DNA of 64,000 nucleotides from NCBI GenBank assembly GCA_964567265.1, contig CAZMLK010000001.1, positions 91,311-155,310 of the forward strand, in the 5' to 3' direction. Positions 19,067 through 29,702 of the stretch are shown one piece after another. Position numbers and translations under genes: made by a program. The DNA comes from an uncultured Candidatus Saccharibacteria bacterium (GTDB taxonomy: Bacteria; Patescibacteriota; Minisyncoccia; Phycocordibacterales; UBA12088). Within the stretch, counting starts at the first letter, position 1. Every line of letters starts with the position of its first letter. The notes below the pieces were generated by a model. The model saw only the letters and a list, made by a program, of their open reading frames with translations. It was not told where the DNA came from and searched no databases.

Positions 19067-21448
19067 ATGAAACGATTCCGCCCGCCAAGCGCACGAACAC
19101 TTCTCCCCGCGGTCGTCTTCGTGACGGGCGCTGCGGTCTTGATCGTCGAAGTCGTCGCGGTCCGCCTTCTCTCTCCATACTTCGGGAACACGCTCTATAC
19201 GTTCTCGAGCGTCCTCAGCGTCATCCTCGCGGCGCTCGCGATCGGATACCGCCAGGGCGGGCGGCTCGCGGACCGTCGCGGGACGTACGGCCTCTTCTTC
19301 GCGATCATCGCGGCGGGCGGTTTCTCTATATTGGTGCTCCTCGGGCTCGGCCGGATCTCACTGCCAGTCCTTAGCGCTGCATTCTCGCTCTCGCTTGGCC
19401 CCTTGGTCGCCTCGATGCTCCTTTTTTCCGCGCCCGCATTTCTCCTTGGCATGCTCTCGCCGTTCGCGGTGAAGCTCGCGGCGCTTGATACGCCCCATGC
19501 AGGCGTCGGCGGCGCGGCCGGGAGCATGTTCTTCTACTCGACGCTCGGCAGCATCGCGGGAAGCCTCTCTTCAGGATTCTTCCTCATCCCGTTCGTCGGC
19601 GTGTCGCATACGCTGATCGCGACCGCGACGGTCCTCGTGATCATGGGCGCGGCGGGCGCAATCGAGAGCGGGGATTTTCCAAAATCAAAGATAAAAAGCT
19701 GGGGGCTCGGCGTCGTACTCCTTTTCTTTTTCCTCGTATGGACGCTTCTCCGGCTGCCTGCGTATGCCGATTTTCCGGGAGTGACGCTCCATCAGGAAGA
19801 TGGGAGGTATGAGCAGATCACGGTCCTTGAGACAGAGTACAGAGGCAAGCGGGCACGGATACTCGCACTCGACCGGGGGTTCTCCTCCGGTATTTTTGTT
19901 GATTCCGGCGCGCTCGCGTTCGAATACACGCCGTACTACAAATTCGCGCATTTCCTCGAGGAGCCTATGGAGAAGGCGCTCGTGATCGGTGGCGGTACCT
20001 TCACGGTGCCGAAAGCGCTCGCGGACGAATTCCCGGATGCATCAGTGGATGTCGTCGAGGTGGAGCCGGCGCTCTATGGCCTCGCGCAGAAATATTTCGG
20101 CCTGGTCCCGACTCCTCGGATCCGCAACATCACCGCGGACGGCCGCCAATTCATCCGCGGCTCGAAGGAGAGATACGATTTCATATTCGGCGATGCGTAC
20201 TCGAGCCTCTATTCGCTTCCGCCGCATCTCACGACGAAGGAATATTACGACCTCGTCGCGAATCATCTCTCCGAGGGCGGCATCTACATCGAGAATTTCA
20301 TCGGGTCGCTGTCGGAGACGGATCCATCACTCATTTATTCGAGCATCCGAACGATGCAGGAAGTCTTTCCGGAAGTCTCAGTGTTTGCAGTCACGGTGCC
20401 GGGAAGCATCTCGCCGCAGAACATCATGCTCGTGGGACATTCGCGGCCGCTCCCGGAACGATACCCGACGGATGCATTCCTCGATGACGCGCTCCAGGCG
20501 CATACAGTCGCTATTGATCACCTGCCGCTCTCACGCTTCCCGATCATCACGGACGACAAGGCACCTGCGGAGTATTTCGCTGCGAAGCTCCTCTCGAACC
20601 TCGAATCGCGCGACATGAGCTTTGATGGGGACGAGGCGCTCGCGCGGATCGAGAGCCAGCTCGCGTTCGGTCCGCGGTACCCGGGGAGCGAGGGGCATGC
20701 CGCGACGGAACGCTATATCAAAGGAGAACTCGAGAAGTACGGCATCCCCGTCGCGCTCGACACCTTCACGCCGAATGGGAGCGCGCAACGCTACACGAAT
20801 ATCATCGGACATTTCGGGTCTTCATCGAAGCGCATCATCCTTGGCGCGCACTATGATACGAAGCGCCATGCCGATCTCGATCCACGGCATCCGGAAGACG
20901 CGCTTCCGGGCGCGAATGACGGCGCATCCGGCGTCGCCGTCCTCCTCGAGCTCGCGCGCATCCTTTCGATACATGGATACGGGAACGTCGGTATTGATTT
21001 CGTCTTCTTTGATGGAGAGGAGGGAGCACCGGACATCGACTCGCGCACCTTCCTCGGCTGGCAGCCGATCGGCTCGACTCATTTCGCGGAAAATATCCAG
21101 AAGCAATATCCGGGTCAGAAGCCGGCATTCGGCATCGTGGTTGATATGGTCTGCGACCGCGACCTTCATATATATCGCGAGCGGAATTCCGACACGGCGG
21201 CGCCCGAGGTGATCGCGAAACTCATCGCGGAAGGTGATGCACTTTTTCCTGGGAAATTCCATGACACAGAGCGGGGCGTGATTGAGGACGATCACAGCGC
21301 GCTCACGCGTGCGGGCATTCCCTCGGTCCTCCTCATCGATCTCGACTATCCCGCATACCACACCACCGGCGATACGATTTCAAAATGCTCGAGCGAGAGC
21401 CTCTCCGCGGTTGGCGTCACGCTCCAGAAATACCTGAAGGGGTTGTAG
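19067..21448 (+). CDS. fusion protein: polytopic membrane domain + spermidine-synthase-like methyltransferase fold + C-terminal M28-family peptidase domain
   Basis: N-terminal ~230 aa with multiple TM helices. Middle: VIGGGTFTVPKAL...VDVVEVEPAL...GDAY (SpeE-like Rossmann motif). C-terminal: GAHYDTK...DGASGVAVLLELARIL...FVFFDGEE (M28 zinc-ligand pattern). Confidence 0.7.
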   Translation: MKRFRPPSARTLLPAVVFVTGAAVLIVEVVAVRLLSPYFGNTLYTFSSVLSVILAALAIGYRQGGRLADRRGTYGLFFAIIAAGGFSILVLLGLGRISLPVLSAAFSLSLGPLVASMLLFSAPAFLLGMLSPFAVKLAALDTPHAGVGGAAGSMFFYSTLGSIAGSLSSGFFLIPFVGVSHTLIATATVLVIMGAAGAIESGDFPKSKIKSWGLGVVLLFFFLVWTLLRLPAYADFPGVTLHQEDGRYEQITVLETEYRGKRARILALDRGFSSGIFVDSGALAFEYTPYYKFAHFLEEPMEKALVIGGGTFTVPKALADEFPDASVDVVEVEPALYGLAQKYFGLVPTPRIRNITADGRQFIRGSKERYDFIFGDAYSSLYSLPPHLTTKEYYDLVANHLSEGGIYIENFIGSLSETDPSLIYSSIRTMQEVFPEVSVFAVTVPGSISPQNIMLVGHSRPLPERYPTDAFLDDALQAHTVAIDHLPLSRFPIITDDKAPAEYFAAKLLSNLESRDMSFDGDEALARIESQLAFGPRYPGSEGHAATERYIKGELEKYGIPVALDTFTPNGSAQRYTNIIGHFGSSSKRIILGAHYDTKRHADLDPRHPEDALPGANDGASGVAVLLELARILSIHGYGNVGIDFVFFDGEEGAPDIDSRTFLGWQPIGSTHFAENIQKQYPGQKPAFGIVVDMVCDRDLHIYRERNSDTAAPEVIAKLIAEGDALFPGKFHDTERGVIEDDHSALTRAGIPSVLLIDLDYPAYHTTGDTISKCSSESLSAVGVTLQKYLKGL

Positions 21449-21473
21449 GAAGGTTTTTTCTGTTGTACAGTGT

Positions 21474-21900
21474 CTGTTGTTTCGTGCCGGGCAGCCGCGC
21501 TGGAAATGGGGATACGTTCCTGTTCCGGTGAGGAAAGTCCGAACTGAGCGAATCCCGCCCCGAATCGAAGGTTCGCTTGCGAACCTTCGATTCGGGGCGG
21601 GAGGGGACGAGTAGCGGGTAACCCCCGTCCGGAGCGATCCGAGAGGTGCGAGCAGAGACGCCTGATGGCGAAAGCCAAGGGCATCTCCGGCCTCGCAAGA
21701 GGCCGGAGATGAGCCGCCCTAGCGATAGGGAGGGTGAAACGGCAAAATCCTTACTTCTCCGCAAGGCCGTGCCCTGGGCAACCAGGGAGTGCCGCTTGAG
21801 GCTTCCCGCAAGGGAAGTCCTAGATAAATGGCTGCCGCGTCCGGACGTTTCCAAAAGAAATCACGGGCGTACAGAATTCGGCTTATAGGCACGAGACAGA
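21474..21900 (+). ncRNA. rnpB: RNase P RNA (rnpB, bacterial type A)
   Basis: Conserved elements GAGGAAAGTCCG (P4 5' strand), GGGTGAAACGGC, and ACAGAATTCGGCTTATAGG (P4 3' strand). Terminal P1 pairing tgtttcgtgcc/ggcacgagaca. The overlapping ORFs are spurious. Confidence 0.75.
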
Positions 21901-21940
21901 ACATGAAAAAGGACTCCGCAAGGAGTCCTTTTTCATGTTC
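21901..21940 (+). terminator. intrinsic terminator after rnpB
   Basis: Perfect hairpin catgaaaaaggactcc-gcaa-ggagtcctttttcatg. Confidence 0.6.
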
Positions 21941-22038
21941 TCATTGTCATGTTCTGCCAGTTATCCTTCTTGAACAAAGTAACGGGGTTCTAGTACACTA
22001 GGCAGGTAGTCGATTTCATTAATTCATTAAGCACGGGT

Positions 22039-24420
22039 ATGTTCAACCAAGCAGGAGAGCAGAACTCTCATGAAATCGCACGTCCACAAGCTGTTTCATT
22101 TGACGGGGTTGCCGTAATCATGCTCGCGGTGTTCGCGGGTCTCGCGCCGTTCTTCTTTATTCCGACGTCGTCGTTCCCGCTGCAGCTCACGAAGGTCGTC
22201 TTCGTCGCGCTCGCAGCGCTTCTGACGCTCGCGTGCTTCATCGCGGGCCGGATGAAAGAGCGGCGGATCTCGCTTCCAGTGCATCCGCTGTTCTTCGCAG
22301 CGTTTGCGATCCCGGTCGCGTACCTCATATCAGCATCGTTCTCAAGTAATGTGTGGCTCTCGCTCGCGGGCGGAGGTCTCGGCACCGACTCAGTCGCGTT
22401 CATCGCGATTTTGACGTTGCTGTTCGCGCTCCCGGCGCTCGTCATCCGCTCGAAAGAGAAGCTCTTGCAGCAGTACCTCGCGATCCTCGCAGGCGGCGGC
22501 ATCTTGGCGCTCTTCCAGGGGCTGCGGCTCATGATTGATCCGGGAACGCTATCGTTCGGCGTGCTCGATTCACGGACGACGACACTTCTCGGCTCCTGGT
22601 ACGGCATTTCCGTATTCTTCGGACTCATCATCATCCTCTGCCTCGTCACGTTGATTGCCGTCCGGCTCGAAGGAATGCTCAAGTGGTTCGTCACCGGAGC
22701 GATCGTGGTCTCTTTGATTTTCCTTTCGGTCGTCAACTTCGCGCTCACGTGGTGGCTGGTCGGCGGCTTCGCGCTCGCCGTCTTCGTGTACTCGATCTCG
22801 ATCGGCAGCTATTCTCGCGGTGGGGGAACCGGCATGTCATTCGCCGCGCTCCTCGTCCTCGCGTTTGCCATCGTCTTCCTCGTAGGCGGAGAGAATCTCC
22901 AGAATACGCTCGCGAACTCATTCGGCGTCGCGCATGTCGAAGTGCGCCCGTCTTGGCAGAGCACTGTCGATATCGCGCGCGCGACGCTGGGCACCGATTT
23001 CTTCTTCGGTTCCGGTCCGGGCACGTTCGGCAAGCAGTGGCTTCTCTACAAGCCGCAGATCGTGAACCAGACCAATTTCTGGAATGCTGATTTCGCAAGC
23101 GGCATCGGCTACGTGCCTTCGACGATCGCGACGACCGGCCTCCTCGGCCTCATCGCATGGATCCTTTTCTTCAGCGCATTCCTCTATGCAGGTTTCCGCG
23201 CGCTTCTCGGAAAGGGAAGCTCTGAGGATCCGATTGCGTACTACCTTTCGCTCTCGACCTTCCTCGGTGCGCTCTATCTCTGGCTGTTCGCGATCCTCTA
23301 TATGCCGGGGCCAGTCCTCCTCGCGTTCGCATTCTTCATGACCGGCCTCTTCCTCGCGTCGCTCCGCATGCGCGAGGGCCAGCTCCGCGAGTGGCGCCTG
23401 TCATTCGTTGATACGCCGCGCCTCGGATTCCTCGCAGTCCTCTTCCTCACAATCGCGTTCCTCGGTTCGGTCGCAAGCATCTTCTCGGTCGGACAGGTCT
23501 TCGCGAGCGGCGTCTACTTCCAGAAGGCGGCCGTGACTCTGAATCAGACCGGCGACCTCACCACCGCTGAAGCGCTCACCCGCCAGGCGATCTCGTTCGG
23601 CCCGCAGGACCAGCACTACCGGCTCATCGCAGCGATCAATATCGCCAAGCTGAACGCGCTCGGCACCAAGACCGATCTTCCGCCCGAGCAGCTCCGCACT
23701 GAATTCCAGAATGATCTCGCGACAGCGGTCGCAGCCGCACAGGCGGGCGTCGCGTACGATTCGCGCGACTACCAGAACTGGCTGACTCTTGCGCAGGTCT
23801 ACCAGACGGTCGTCCCTCTCAAGATCGAAGGCGCATACGACAATGCCAAGAAGGCGTATGAGCAGGCGATCGCGCTCAATCCGCAAAGCCCGGCGCTTCT
23901 CCTCAGGCAGGCAGAGCTCGAGCTCCTCAATGGCAACCGTGACGCTGCGGAAAAGCAGGTCGTCGCTGCGATCGAAAAGAAGAACAACTACACCGACGCA
24001 ATCTTCCTCCTTTCCCAGATCCAGATCGAAGAGGGCAAGATCGATGAGGCGATCCAGGCAGTCGATGCTGCGACCATCATCGATCCGTCGAATCCGGTCG
24101 CCTTCTTCCAGCTCGGCCTCCTCCGCTACAGCAAGAAGGACTTCACGAACGCAGCCGCTGCGCTTGAGAAGGCGGTCGCACTCAGCGCCGACTACTCGAA
24201 CGCGCGCTACTTCCTCGGACTCTCGTATGCTGAGCTCGGCCATCCGGACGATGCCATCAAGCAGTTCGAGCGTATCGAGAACCTCAATCCTGACAATCAG
24301 GAAGTAAAATCGATTCTTGAGAATCTTCGTGCGGGAAAGCCAGCATTCGGCACCACGCAGACAGCAAAGGTCGAAACGCTGAAGGGTGTCCCTGTTCCTG
24401 ACGCGAAGGCAGCAGAGTAG
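22039..24420 (+). CDS. O-antigen ligase/Wzy-like polytopic membrane protein with C-terminal TPR repeats
   Basis: About 12 TM helices in the first 470 aa. The C-terminal 300 aa are TPR-like (AIALNPQSPALLLRQAELELLNG..., YFLGLSYAELGHPDDAIKQFERIENLNPDN). Confidence 0.6.
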   Translation: MFNQAGEQNSHEIARPQAVSFDGVAVIMLAVFAGLAPFFFIPTSSFPLQLTKVVFVALAALLTLACFIAGRMKERRISLPVHPLFFAAFAIPVAYLISASFSSNVWLSLAGGGLGTDSVAFIAILTLLFALPALVIRSKEKLLQQYLAILAGGGILALFQGLRLMIDPGTLSFGVLDSRTTTLLGSWYGISVFFGLIIILCLVTLIAVRLEGMLKWFVTGAIVVSLIFLSVVNFALTWWLVGGFALAVFVYSISIGSYSRGGGTGMSFAALLVLAFAIVFLVGGENLQNTLANSFGVAHVEVRPSWQSTVDIARATLGTDFFFGSGPGTFGKQWLLYKPQIVNQTNFWNADFASGIGYVPSTIATTGLLGLIAWILFFSAFLYAGFRALLGKGSSEDPIAYYLSLSTFLGALYLWLFAILYMPGPVLLAFAFFMTGLFLASLRMREGQLREWRLSFVDTPRLGFLAVLFLTIAFLGSVASIFSVGQVFASGVYFQKAAVTLNQTGDLTTAEALTRQAISFGPQDQHYRLIAAINIAKLNALGTKTDLPPEQLRTEFQNDLATAVAAAQAGVAYDSRDYQNWLTLAQVYQTVVPLKIEGAYDNAKKAYEQAIALNPQSPALLLRQAELELLNGNRDAAEKQVVAAIEKKNNYTDAIFLLSQIQIEEGKIDEAIQAVDAATIIDPSNPVAFFQLGLLRYSKKDFTNAAAALEKAVALSADYSNARYFLGLSYAELGHPDDAIKQFERIENLNPDNQEVKSILENLRAGKPAFGTTQTAKVETLKGVPVPDAKAAE

Positions 24421-24423
24421 GGA

Positions 24424-26097
24424 ATGGTCTCACGATTCTTCAAGTTCTTATCGCAAGAGGTACGCGGTCTCCATGAGGCTGCGTACCTTTTGGCTTTCTT
24501 CTCGCTCCTCTCCCAGCTCCTCGCGCTCCTCCGGGATCGGCTGCTCGCCGGCGCCTTCGGCGCCGGCGAGACCCTCGATCTCTACTACGCAGCATTCCGC
24601 ATTCCTGACCTCGTCTTCGTCGGCGTCGCATCGCTCGTCTCGGTGTACGTCCTCATTCCATTCCTTGCGGAGCGGATGGATAACCTCGATGCCCTCCGCG
24701 CGTTCTTGAAGAGTGCGGCATCCTTCTTCGGCGGGCTCGTGCTCGTCGTCACCATCCCGCTTGCCCTCCTCGCTCCTTGGCTCCTCCACTGGTTTTTCCC
24801 GATCATCATGGAGGGTCCGCGCGCCGATGAGCTTGTGCTCCTCACGCGCATCCTGCTCCTCCAACCGATACTCCTCGGATTCTCGAGCCTTTTCGCGAGC
24901 GTGACGCAGGCGTACCACAAGTTCGTGCTCTACTCGGCGAGCCCGATCCTCTACAATCTCGGCATCATCGCCGGCATCATCGCCTTCTATCCGATCTTCG
25001 GCGTCGCGGGTCTCGGATATGGAGTCGTTCTCGGGGCATTCCTCCATCTCGCTATCCAGGCACCGTTCCTGATCGGGGAGGGGCTCTTGCCGCTCCCAAC
25101 GGTCCGGGTGCGCGTTCGAGAAATGGTGGCGGTCATCAGGACGTCCCTGCCGCGCACCCTCGCGCTCTCGGTAAGCCAGCTCATCCTCCTCGCCCTGGTC
25201 GCCTTCGCGTCGCGGCTCACGGAAGGCTCGATCGCCGTCTTCACGTTCGGCTTCAACCTCCACGCCGTCCCGCTCACGATCATCGGCGTGTCGTACTCGG
25301 TCGCGGCATTCCCGACCTTGGCGCGGCTTTTCTCGACAGGAGATCGTGAGGCATTCTTCGCGCAGATAGTCACCGCGTCCCGGCACATCATCTTCTGGTC
25401 GTTCCCCGCGATCGTCCTCTTCATCGTCCTACGCGCGCAGATCGTCCGCGTCATCCTCGGGAGCGGGCACTTCGACTGGTCGGACACACGCCTCACGGCC
25501 GCCGCGCTCGCGCTCTTCGTGATCTCGATTTCCGCGCAGGCGCTCGTCCTCCTCATCACGCGCGGGTACTATGCGGCAGGGCATACGGCCAAGCCGCTCA
25601 TGGTGAATCTCTCGACCTCGGCATTCTCGGTCCTCATCTCGTGGCTCCTCCTCCAGGAGTTCCAGTCGAATCTCGCGTGGCAGCATTTCTTCGAGAGCGT
25701 GCTCCGCGTCGAAGGCATCCCCGGCACCGCGCTCCTCATGCTCCCCTTAGGATATTCGATCGGCGCGTTCCTCAATTCGGTCGTCCTCCTCAGCCTCTTC
25801 CAGCATGACTTCCAGCAATTCTCCGAGGCGCTCACGCCCGTCGTCCTCAAGACTGCATTCGCCTCCTTCATGGCGGGACTCGCGGCCTATCTCGGCCTTC
25901 AGCTCCTCGCGGATGTCTTCAACATCAATACCTTCCTCGGCATCTTCTCGCAGGGAGCGCTCGCGGGCATCGCAGGCCTCATCTCAGGTATTGCCGCACT
26001 TCGCCTCACCAACAGCAGGGAACTCGACGAGACCTGGAGGGCGCTCCGGAGCAAGATCTGGAAGCCGCCGGTCGTCCTTCCCGAGCAGGAAGTCTAG
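24424..26097 (+). CDS. murJ: lipid II flippase MurJ
   Basis: 557 aa with 14 TM. N-terminal SRFLGFLRDxLLAxxFGAG-like motif (SQLLALLRDRLLAGAFGAGETLD) characteristic of MurJ/MviN. Confidence 0.8.
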   Translation: MVSRFFKFLSQEVRGLHEAAYLLAFFSLLSQLLALLRDRLLAGAFGAGETLDLYYAAFRIPDLVFVGVASLVSVYVLIPFLAERMDNLDALRAFLKSAASFFGGLVLVVTIPLALLAPWLLHWFFPIIMEGPRADELVLLTRILLLQPILLGFSSLFASVTQAYHKFVLYSASPILYNLGIIAGIIAFYPIFGVAGLGYGVVLGAFLHLAIQAPFLIGEGLLPLPTVRVRVREMVAVIRTSLPRTLALSVSQLILLALVAFASRLTEGSIAVFTFGFNLHAVPLTIIGVSYSVAAFPTLARLFSTGDREAFFAQIVTASRHIIFWSFPAIVLFIVLRAQIVRVILGSGHFDWSDTRLTAAALALFVISISAQALVLLITRGYYAAGHTAKPLMVNLSTSAFSVLISWLLLQEFQSNLAWQHFFESVLRVEGIPGTALLMLPLGYSIGAFLNSVVLLSLFQHDFQQFSEALTPVVLKTAFASFMAGLAAYLGLQLLADVFNINTFLGIFSQGALAGIAGLISGIAALRLTNSRELDETWRALRSKIWKPPVVLPEQEV

Positions 26098-26191
26098 GGA
26101 ATGGGTGTTCGGAGTGTGCCGAAGGTCTTGCGGACATCGGTTTTTCGATGCGCTGTCAATTCCGCCTCATTTACGCTAGAATCGGCACTAC

Positions 26192-27985
<1,794 letters not shown>

Positions 27986-28024
27986 CCAAAAAGCCCCGCA
28001 AGCAGAGCTTGCGGGGCTTTTTGT
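27986..28024. terminator. intrinsic terminator after lepA (bidirectional)
   Basis: aagccccgcaagc-agag-cttgcggggctt + tttg. Confidence 0.65.
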
Positions 28025-28029
28025 TCGCG

Positions 28030-28140
28030 TTAGCGATACAAGGATGGGATGTACAAGCCGATCATGCTGACGATGACCATAACCGAGAGGACGATCCAAA
28101 TCACCCGTGCGGCGCTCTTCGTTTTCTTGTGGAATAGCAT
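28030..28140 (-). CDS. possible 36-aa small membrane protein
   Basis: rc ATG at 28138-28140, stop at 28030. MLFHKKTKSAARVIWIVLSVMVIVSMIGLYIPSLYR is a single TM helix. No clear RBS. Confidence 0.3.
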   Translation of the reverse strand: MLFHKKTKSAARVIWIVLSVMVIVSMIGLYIPSLYR

Positions 28141-28268
28141 GGTAATACTGATTTTCTAACGTCCCTATCTGGTGTACTATTGCGTGTGATGATAACGCTT
28201 CCGGGTATTCTCGGCAAGCCTTGTCGTATTGTATGGTTGAGTTCTACCAGAAAAGACGCCTTAAGCGC

Positions 28269-28607
28269 ATGATGTACTCGCCGCCTGTGCTTGCGGTCGT
28301 GGCGCTCGTGGTCGGGCTCCTGGCTTCGGGTGCCTGGAGCGCGTACAACAAGCAGGCAGAGACCGGGAAGAAGCGGGCAGCCGCAGCGGCAGAGCTCGCG
28401 CTCTTGTCGGCCCGCGAGGAATCGCTGAAGGCGGACCTCGCGAAGCTCGACACCGATGCCGGCGTCGAATCGGAGATCCGCCAACGCTTCGAGGTGGGGA
28501 AGGAGCAGGAGCATATGATCGTCGTGGTGGATCCGCCCGCTCCGCAGGCATCCTCGACCCCTGAGGAGCCGAAGCGTTGGTGGAATCGGCTCTTCTCGTG
28601 GTTCTAA
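28269..28607 (+). CDS. FtsB/DivIC-like septum formation initiator
   Basis: N-terminal TM (MMYSPPVLAVVALVVGLLASGAW), coiled coil, and C-terminal IRQRFEVGKEQEHMIVVVD matching the FtsB C-terminal motif. Confidence 0.5.
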   Translation: MMYSPPVLAVVALVVGLLASGAWSAYNKQAETGKKRAAAAAELALLSAREESLKADLAKLDTDAGVESEIRQRFEVGKEQEHMIVVVDPPAPQASSTPEEPKRWWNRLFSWF

Positions 28608-28619
28608 ATTAAAATAATC

Positions 28620-28712
28620 GCGGATATAGTTTAGTGGTTCAGAATCATGAATCCTTCCCCGAAGGATTCATTTCCCAAGCATAGGGCGGGAGTTCTTCAA
28701 CAATTGATGACC
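28620..28712 (+). pseudogene. tRNA-Gly-derived pseudo-tRNA / structured element
   Basis: The first 18 nt (GCGGATATAGTTTAGTGG) are identical to the tRNA-Gly immediately downstream. Then a perfect 10-bp hairpin ATGAATCCTT-CCCCG-AAGGATTCAT, then TTCCCAAGCAT (identical to the tRNA-Gly anticodon-loop segment). There is no canonical T-arm. Confidence 0.3.
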
Positions 28713-28783
28713 GCGGATATAGTTTAGTGGCAGAACTGGTGCTTCCCAAGCATCGGACGGGGGTTCGATTCCCCCTATCCGCA
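28713..28783 (+). tRNA. tRNA-Gly (anticodon CCC)
   Basis: Acceptor GCGGATA/TATCCGC. D-arm GTTTAGTGGCAGAAC. Anticodon stem-loop GGTGC-TTCCCAA-GCATC. T-arm GGGGG-TTCGATT-CCCCC. 71 nt. Confidence 0.85.
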
Positions 28784-28844
28784 CAATTTTCTCAAACTTG
28801 CTGAAGTGGTATACTACCCGGACTTGATTAGTTAAGAAATCCGT

Positions 28845-29144
28845 ATGCAAGACGCACCAGTCCTTCAAACTGAAGTCGCGACACCGCCGGCAGCAGCCGA
28901 AGGCGCAGCCAATGTCGTCATCTACTCGACACCGTCGTGCCATTTCTGCGCGATGGCGAAGACCTTCCTCCAAGGCCACGAAATTCCATACACTGAATAC
29001 AATGTAGCCGCTGATCCCGCGAAGCGCGCGGAAATGATCGAGCTTTCTGGACAGATGGGCGTGCCGGTGATCGTCATTAACGACAATCTCGTCGTCGGCT
29101 TCAACAAGCCGAAGATCATGGACCTTCTCGGGGTGTCGGAATAA
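28845..29144 (+). CDS. glutaredoxin-like thiol-disulfide oxidoreductase
   Basis: 99 aa. VVIYSTPSCHFCAMAK (CxxC). GVPVIVIND (cis-Pro loop region) of the thioredoxin fold. Confidence 0.8.
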   Translation: MQDAPVLQTEVATPPAAAEGAANVVIYSTPSCHFCAMAKTFLQGHEIPYTEYNVAADPAKRAEMIELSGQMGVPVIVINDNLVVGFNKPKIMDLLGVSE

Positions 29145-29170
29145 CAGATGGAAATGGGAAAAACCGCCCC

Positions 29171-29207
29171 GGGCCGAAGGCCCGGGGCGGTTTTTCGTGG
29201 GCGATTC
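29171..29207 (+). terminator. intrinsic terminator after the glutaredoxin gene
   Basis: aaaaccgccccgggcc-gaag-gcccggggcggtttttc. Confidence 0.65.
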
Positions 29208-29272
29208 CGCATGCTACATTGCAGGGAAGTCCGAGGGACGCTTCGCAATGAAGCTCCCCCCGGAACTTCATT

Positions 29273-29344
29273 GCCCCCGTAGCTCAATGGATAGAGCAGT
29301 CCCGTCCTAAGGGAAAGATATGAGTTCGATTCTTGTCGGGGGCA
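29273..29344 (+). tRNA. tRNA-Arg (anticodon CCT)
   Basis: Acceptor GCCCCCG/CGGGGGC. D-arm GCTCAATGGATAGAGC. Anticodon loop GTCCTAA. T-loop TTCGATT. 72 nt. Confidence 0.8.
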
Positions 29345-29353
29345 CCCAGAATC

Positions 29354-29510
29354 AAAAGACCGGATTTACTCCGGTCTTTTGATTCTGCAGGGGTGGGCGA
29401 GAATCGAAGGTCGGAGAACAGGCTTCGGGGAAGCCTGTTCGAGGCGGGGTCGCGAGCACTTAGCCGCTTGCGGCTTAGTGACTTGTGACCGATTCTTGTT
29501 CCAAAAAAAC
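29354..29510 (+). repeat. tRNA-linked structured element, copy 1 (terminator hairpin + ~120-nt conserved RNA-like module)
   Basis: aaaagaccgg-atttact-ccggtctttt hairpin, then an outer stem agaatcg...cgattct enclosing hairpin aacaggcttc-ggg-gaagcctgtt and the core GGGGTCGCGAGCACTTAGCCGCTTGCGGCTTAGTGACTTGTGACC. It is paralogous to 32485-32648 with compensatory base changes. Confidence 0.55.
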
Positions 29511-29702
29511 CGCAAGGTGTGGTCCTGTAAGGGCCGATGGAAAGGGTGCCAGCGTTCCAAAGGCGGCATAAATACTTAGGTGAAATGATTCGGGGAATCA
29601 TTTCACGGTGACCGATTCTTACCAAGGACGCATCCCTTGACAGAATCACTCCGAAGTAATCTAATTTCCCCAGACCTAAACCCTTCAGAGGAGTTTCGAA
29701 CC

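Noticed and set aside
21346-21888. Three overlapping ORFs in the 21.3-21.9 kb region
   Set aside because: The region encodes RNase P RNA. The ORFs are artefacts.
24448-25559. Minus-strand ORFs of 312 and 190 aa antisense to murJ
   Set aside because: Low-complexity R/E/D-rich translations. murJ on the plus strand is well supported.
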